Positions 60,450 to 64,000 of a DNA stretch of 64,000 nucleotides are shown in pieces (within the stretch, counting starts at the first letter, position 1; each line of letters starts with the position of its first letter). The notes beneath the pieces are model-generated. The model made no database searches and was not told the origin of the DNA. It saw nothing but the letters and a program-made list of their open reading frames with translations. A program made the position numbers and the translations under genes. Source of the DNA: an uncultured Verrucomicrobiae bacterium (lineage in GTDB: Bacteria > Verrucomicrobiota > Verrucomicrobiia > Limisphaerales > Palsa-1400); contig CAVPOM010000005.1 in the NCBI GenBank assembly GCA_963707025.1, positions 224,001-288,000 of the forward strand, given 5' to 3'.

Positions 60450-63400
60450 AGCCGCAACCGTCGCCCAAATTCCCCGCCAGCAAGCCGGCACGGCCCGTCC
60501 CGCCCGCCGCGCCAGCCCTGCCCTCCCCGCCGGCCAGGGTGCCGCCGCTGTTCCGGCGAATTGACTGGCTGGCGCTGCTGATTTGTTTTGCGGTGGTGGA
60601 GACGATTTACCTCCTGACGCTCGCGCCGCAGGTCACGCTGGAGGACTCGGGAGAATTGTTGACGGGCTCCTTTTACGCCGGGATTCCACATCCGCCGGGC
60701 TATCCGTTTTGGGCAATCTATTCGTGGCTCTGGACGCGGTTGGTGCCCTTCGGCAACGTCGCCTGGCGCGTCGAGTTGGGGCAGGCCGCCGCCATGGGCA
60801 TGGGCTGCTCGCTGATCGCCTTTATGGTGTCGCGCGGCAGCAGCATGTTAATGGAAGGCATCGAGGAACTCAAAGGCCTGGTGGGAAAGTGGGAGAATGC
60901 GATTTGCCTGGTCTGCGGGGTCACGGCGGGACTGCTCATGGCGCTGGATAATTCGATGTGGTACGAGTCGGTCACGATCAACCGCGCGTCGGAGTTCGGG
61001 GTGCCGTGGCTGATTATCGTCTTGCTATGCATGTTGCGGTGGATTTATGCGCCGCACCAGCGCGGGTATTTGTATTGCGCGATGTTTTTCTTTGGGATTT
61101 GCGCCACCATTCACCAGACGCTGATCGTGGCGGCGATGGGGATAGAGATCGGCATCGCCTGCACGCAACCCAAGCTGGGGCGGGATTTGTTGTTTTGCAA
61201 CGGCCTGGTCTGGGCGATTCTTCATGGGTGCGCAAAATCGGGGATTTGGTCCAGCTTCCAACAGGCGAACCCAACCGTGTTCCTTATTTTCAACACCATC
61301 GGCATCTGCTCGGCCATCGCCTGTGTCGGGCTGGCGATTTACACACGCTTTTTTACACCCTGGACAAAGAAAGACGCGGTCGTGTCGTGGTGCGGCGCCG
61401 CTTTGCTGGCGCTGTTGAGCTTCAGCTTCTGGTTTGTGGCCCGGGACCACGGGGGGCCTCCTTTGCGGCCATTTTCTGGGCCACGGCAGGGTTGGTGCTG
61501 GTGATCTGGGGGCTGCGCCTGTTGAGTGAATGGCCGGCGTGCTCCCTCATGGGGCTGTTATGGGTGTTGGGGGCGTCGTTTTATCTTTACGAGGCCATCG
61601 CCGGCATGACCAACCCGCCGATGGAATGGGGCTACCCGCGCACGGTGGAGGGATTTTTCCACGCGCTGACCCGCGGGCAGTACGACAAGATCAATCCGAC
61701 CAATCTGACCGATAATCCGGCGGTGGTGTTCCATGAACTAAAGGAACAACTCTGGCTGCTGGTCAAAGGCGTGGCGGCCGCCTTCAACTGGGTTTACATG
61801 TTTTTTGCGGCGCTGCCCTTTCTCTTTTTCTTCAAAATGAAGAGGCGGGAACGGAACTGGCTCATTGCGGTGGCGGCGATCTATCCGTTTCTCGGGGTGT
61901 TGCTGACCATCTTCCTTAATCCGCAGAAGGACCGGCAGTCGGTGGAATTGTTGCGGGTGTTTTTTGCCGCCTCGCACACGGTGGTGGCCATCTTGATCGG
62001 CTACGGCCTGGCGCTGACGGCGGCCTTTATGGCGACCAATTACCAGAGATTCCGCAGGTGGGGATGGGTGGGCGGAGCGGCGGCCCTGGTGCTGGCCTGT
62101 TATTGCCTGCTGGAGGCCGCCGGCGAGCTTTATATTGGCCAGGGCGGGGAGGTGCCTCTCACAGAATTGCCGCACTGGGTCGCGCAGGCCTTTGCGCCGG
62201 GCCAATACGGCCTGCCCGTTTACGCCTGCCTGATTTTAATGGCGTTGCCGGCGATTTTCCTCGTGGCGCTGGCGGTTTACCGCACCCGGGCGCCGCTGCT
62301 GGTGACGCTGGGCTTGTTTGCGGTCATGCCGCTCTGTTCGGGCTTGTCTCATTGGTTCCACAGCGAACAGCGGCAGCACTGGTTCGGCTACTGGTACGGG
62401 CATGACATGTTCACACCGCCCTTTGCCGGGCCGGATGGAAAACTGACTTACGATCCGGCTTTGCGCGACAAGGCCATGCAGGGAACCAACGCGAACTTGG
62501 TTTATCCGGAAATGGCGCGCGACGCCGTCGTCTATGGAGGGACCGACCCGGGGCGGTTTTGCCCGACTTACATGATCTTCTGCGAAAGTTTCATTCCGCA
62601 CTCCTGCCAGCCGGAGCAGGACACCAACTTTGACCGGCGGGATTGCTATCTCATCACGCAGAACGCGCTGGCGGACCCAACCTATTTGGACTACATCCGC
62701 GCGCAGTATAACCGGAGCGCCCAGCAGGATCCGCCGTTTTTCCAGGAACTCCTCCCCACCGAACTGCCGCAGGTTTTCCACGGACCCACCCAATCGCTGG
62801 CCTGGCTGGACGACTTTTTCGAGAAGCTGGGGGCGAGCATTGAACGGCAGCGCCGCACGGGGACCTCGTGGTTCAAGCCGGACCATTTCAAGGATGTGAC
62901 AAAACTGGCCGCCCAGTTGTGTCCGCACGGCGGCCAGGATGAGTTGTCCAAGTTTCTTTATGGGAAATTGAGCCAGCGGACGCTGGGCCTGGTGGCGGGC
63001 CAGAAGGACAGCCCGGCGTTGCGCCGCGCCCTGGCGGAGGACTTTAACCGCTTTTTGAACATGACCAACAAGATGGCGGACGGGCCGGTGCTTTACGCGC
63101 CGGAGCGGTTCCAGAACATCAAACTGCCGCCGTTGCTCGACAAGGCGTTGACGAATTGGGATGAACAAACGGCCAGCACCAGGGTGCGGCTCAACCGCCG
63201 CCTGCTGGAGGAGGCTTATCCCCAAGCCATCGTCAAAAGTTTGGGCGGCGTTTATCCGGACACGGAAATCCACACCGCGACGCTGGATGAATTAAAGCTG
63301 AGCGAGGAAGGTTACGAGAAGGATGCGGTGCAAAGGCTGACCCACGACCGGGAGCATCCCACCGAGCCGCGCCAGATCAAGCCTGGCGAAGACCTCACTG

Positions 63401-64000
63401 TGGACAACCAGGGGCACATCTCCTTTGGCGGGGTGCTGGTGGTCATGGGGATCAATTCCTTTGTCACCAAGGTGATGTTTGACGCCAATCCCGACCATGA
63501 GTTTTATGTGGAGGAGAGTTATCCGATGGATTGGATGTATCCGTATCTGACGCCTTTCGGCATCATCATGCAAGTCAACCGGCAGCCCTTGGAACTGAGC
63601 GATCAAACCATCGCCCGCGACCACCTTTTTTGGAGCCAGTATTCGGACCGGCTGGTGGGAAACTGGATCACCTATGACACCACGGCCAGGGAATTGTGCG
63701 ATTTTGCCGAGAGGGTTTATCTGCGCCACGATTACACCCGCTTCAAGGGCGATCCCAAATTCATCCGGGACGACGACGCCCAGAAAGGCTTTTCCAAGCT
63801 GCGCTCCGCCATCGGGGCCAGCATTTACCAGTGGCGGGCCGACCACAGCCGCAATCCGACCGACCGGGCGCGCCTGCTCAAGGAGGCCGAATTCGCCTTC
63901 AAGCAGGCTTTTGTTTATTGCCCGTACAGCGAGGGCGCCTACAAGTACGCCGAGTTGCTCATGGAGACCAGACGGCCGGAGGACGCGCTGCTGGTGGCGA
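60446..64000 (+). CDS. DUF2723/TMEM260-like glycosyltransferase, copy 2 (frameshift in G run near 61455; runs off the window)
   Basis: Colinear paralog of copy 1; -1 shift at gggggg restores the frame containing TNPPMEWGYPRTVEGFF. Confidence 0.85.

Overview
High-GC bacterial chromosome segment. Gene content, REP-like repeats and small-protein families suggest Verrucomicrobiota (inference). From left to right it contains: (1) 0.4-10 kb, a minus-strand run encoding an Mla/Pqi-type ABC lipid transporter, a cNMP-domain histidine kinase, a receiver/thioredoxin-reductase-like fusion lacking CxxC, DedA-rhodanese and an HtrA protease; (2) 10.25-46.1 kb, an accessory region bounded by copies of the tRNA-Asp 3' end, carrying two GH106-like glycosidases, an SGNH esterase, an aldo/keto reductase, an isochorismatase-GH29 fusion, an ECF-sigma-associated cluster of exported multi-CsgG-domain/Sel1/ankyrin proteins, a single-ORF RND permease-outer membrane factor fusion with its adaptor and TetR regulator, and much gene debris; (3) 46.1-53.6 kb, a 7.4 kb integrative element in tRNA-Asp (tyrosine integrase, Xis, broken rolling-circle Rep, toxin-antitoxin pair, IS3) whose att core lies inside the integrase reading frame, so excision would swap a 10-aa C-terminus for a 60-aa one; (4) 54-64 kb, tandem DUF2723/TMEM260-like GT-C glycosyltransferases with a separated ECF sigma and anti-sigma-like gene. 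Six single-base frameshifts in otherwise intact genes look like long-read errors. No CRISPR array or rRNA was seen. All family assignments come from motif recognition by eye, not database searches.
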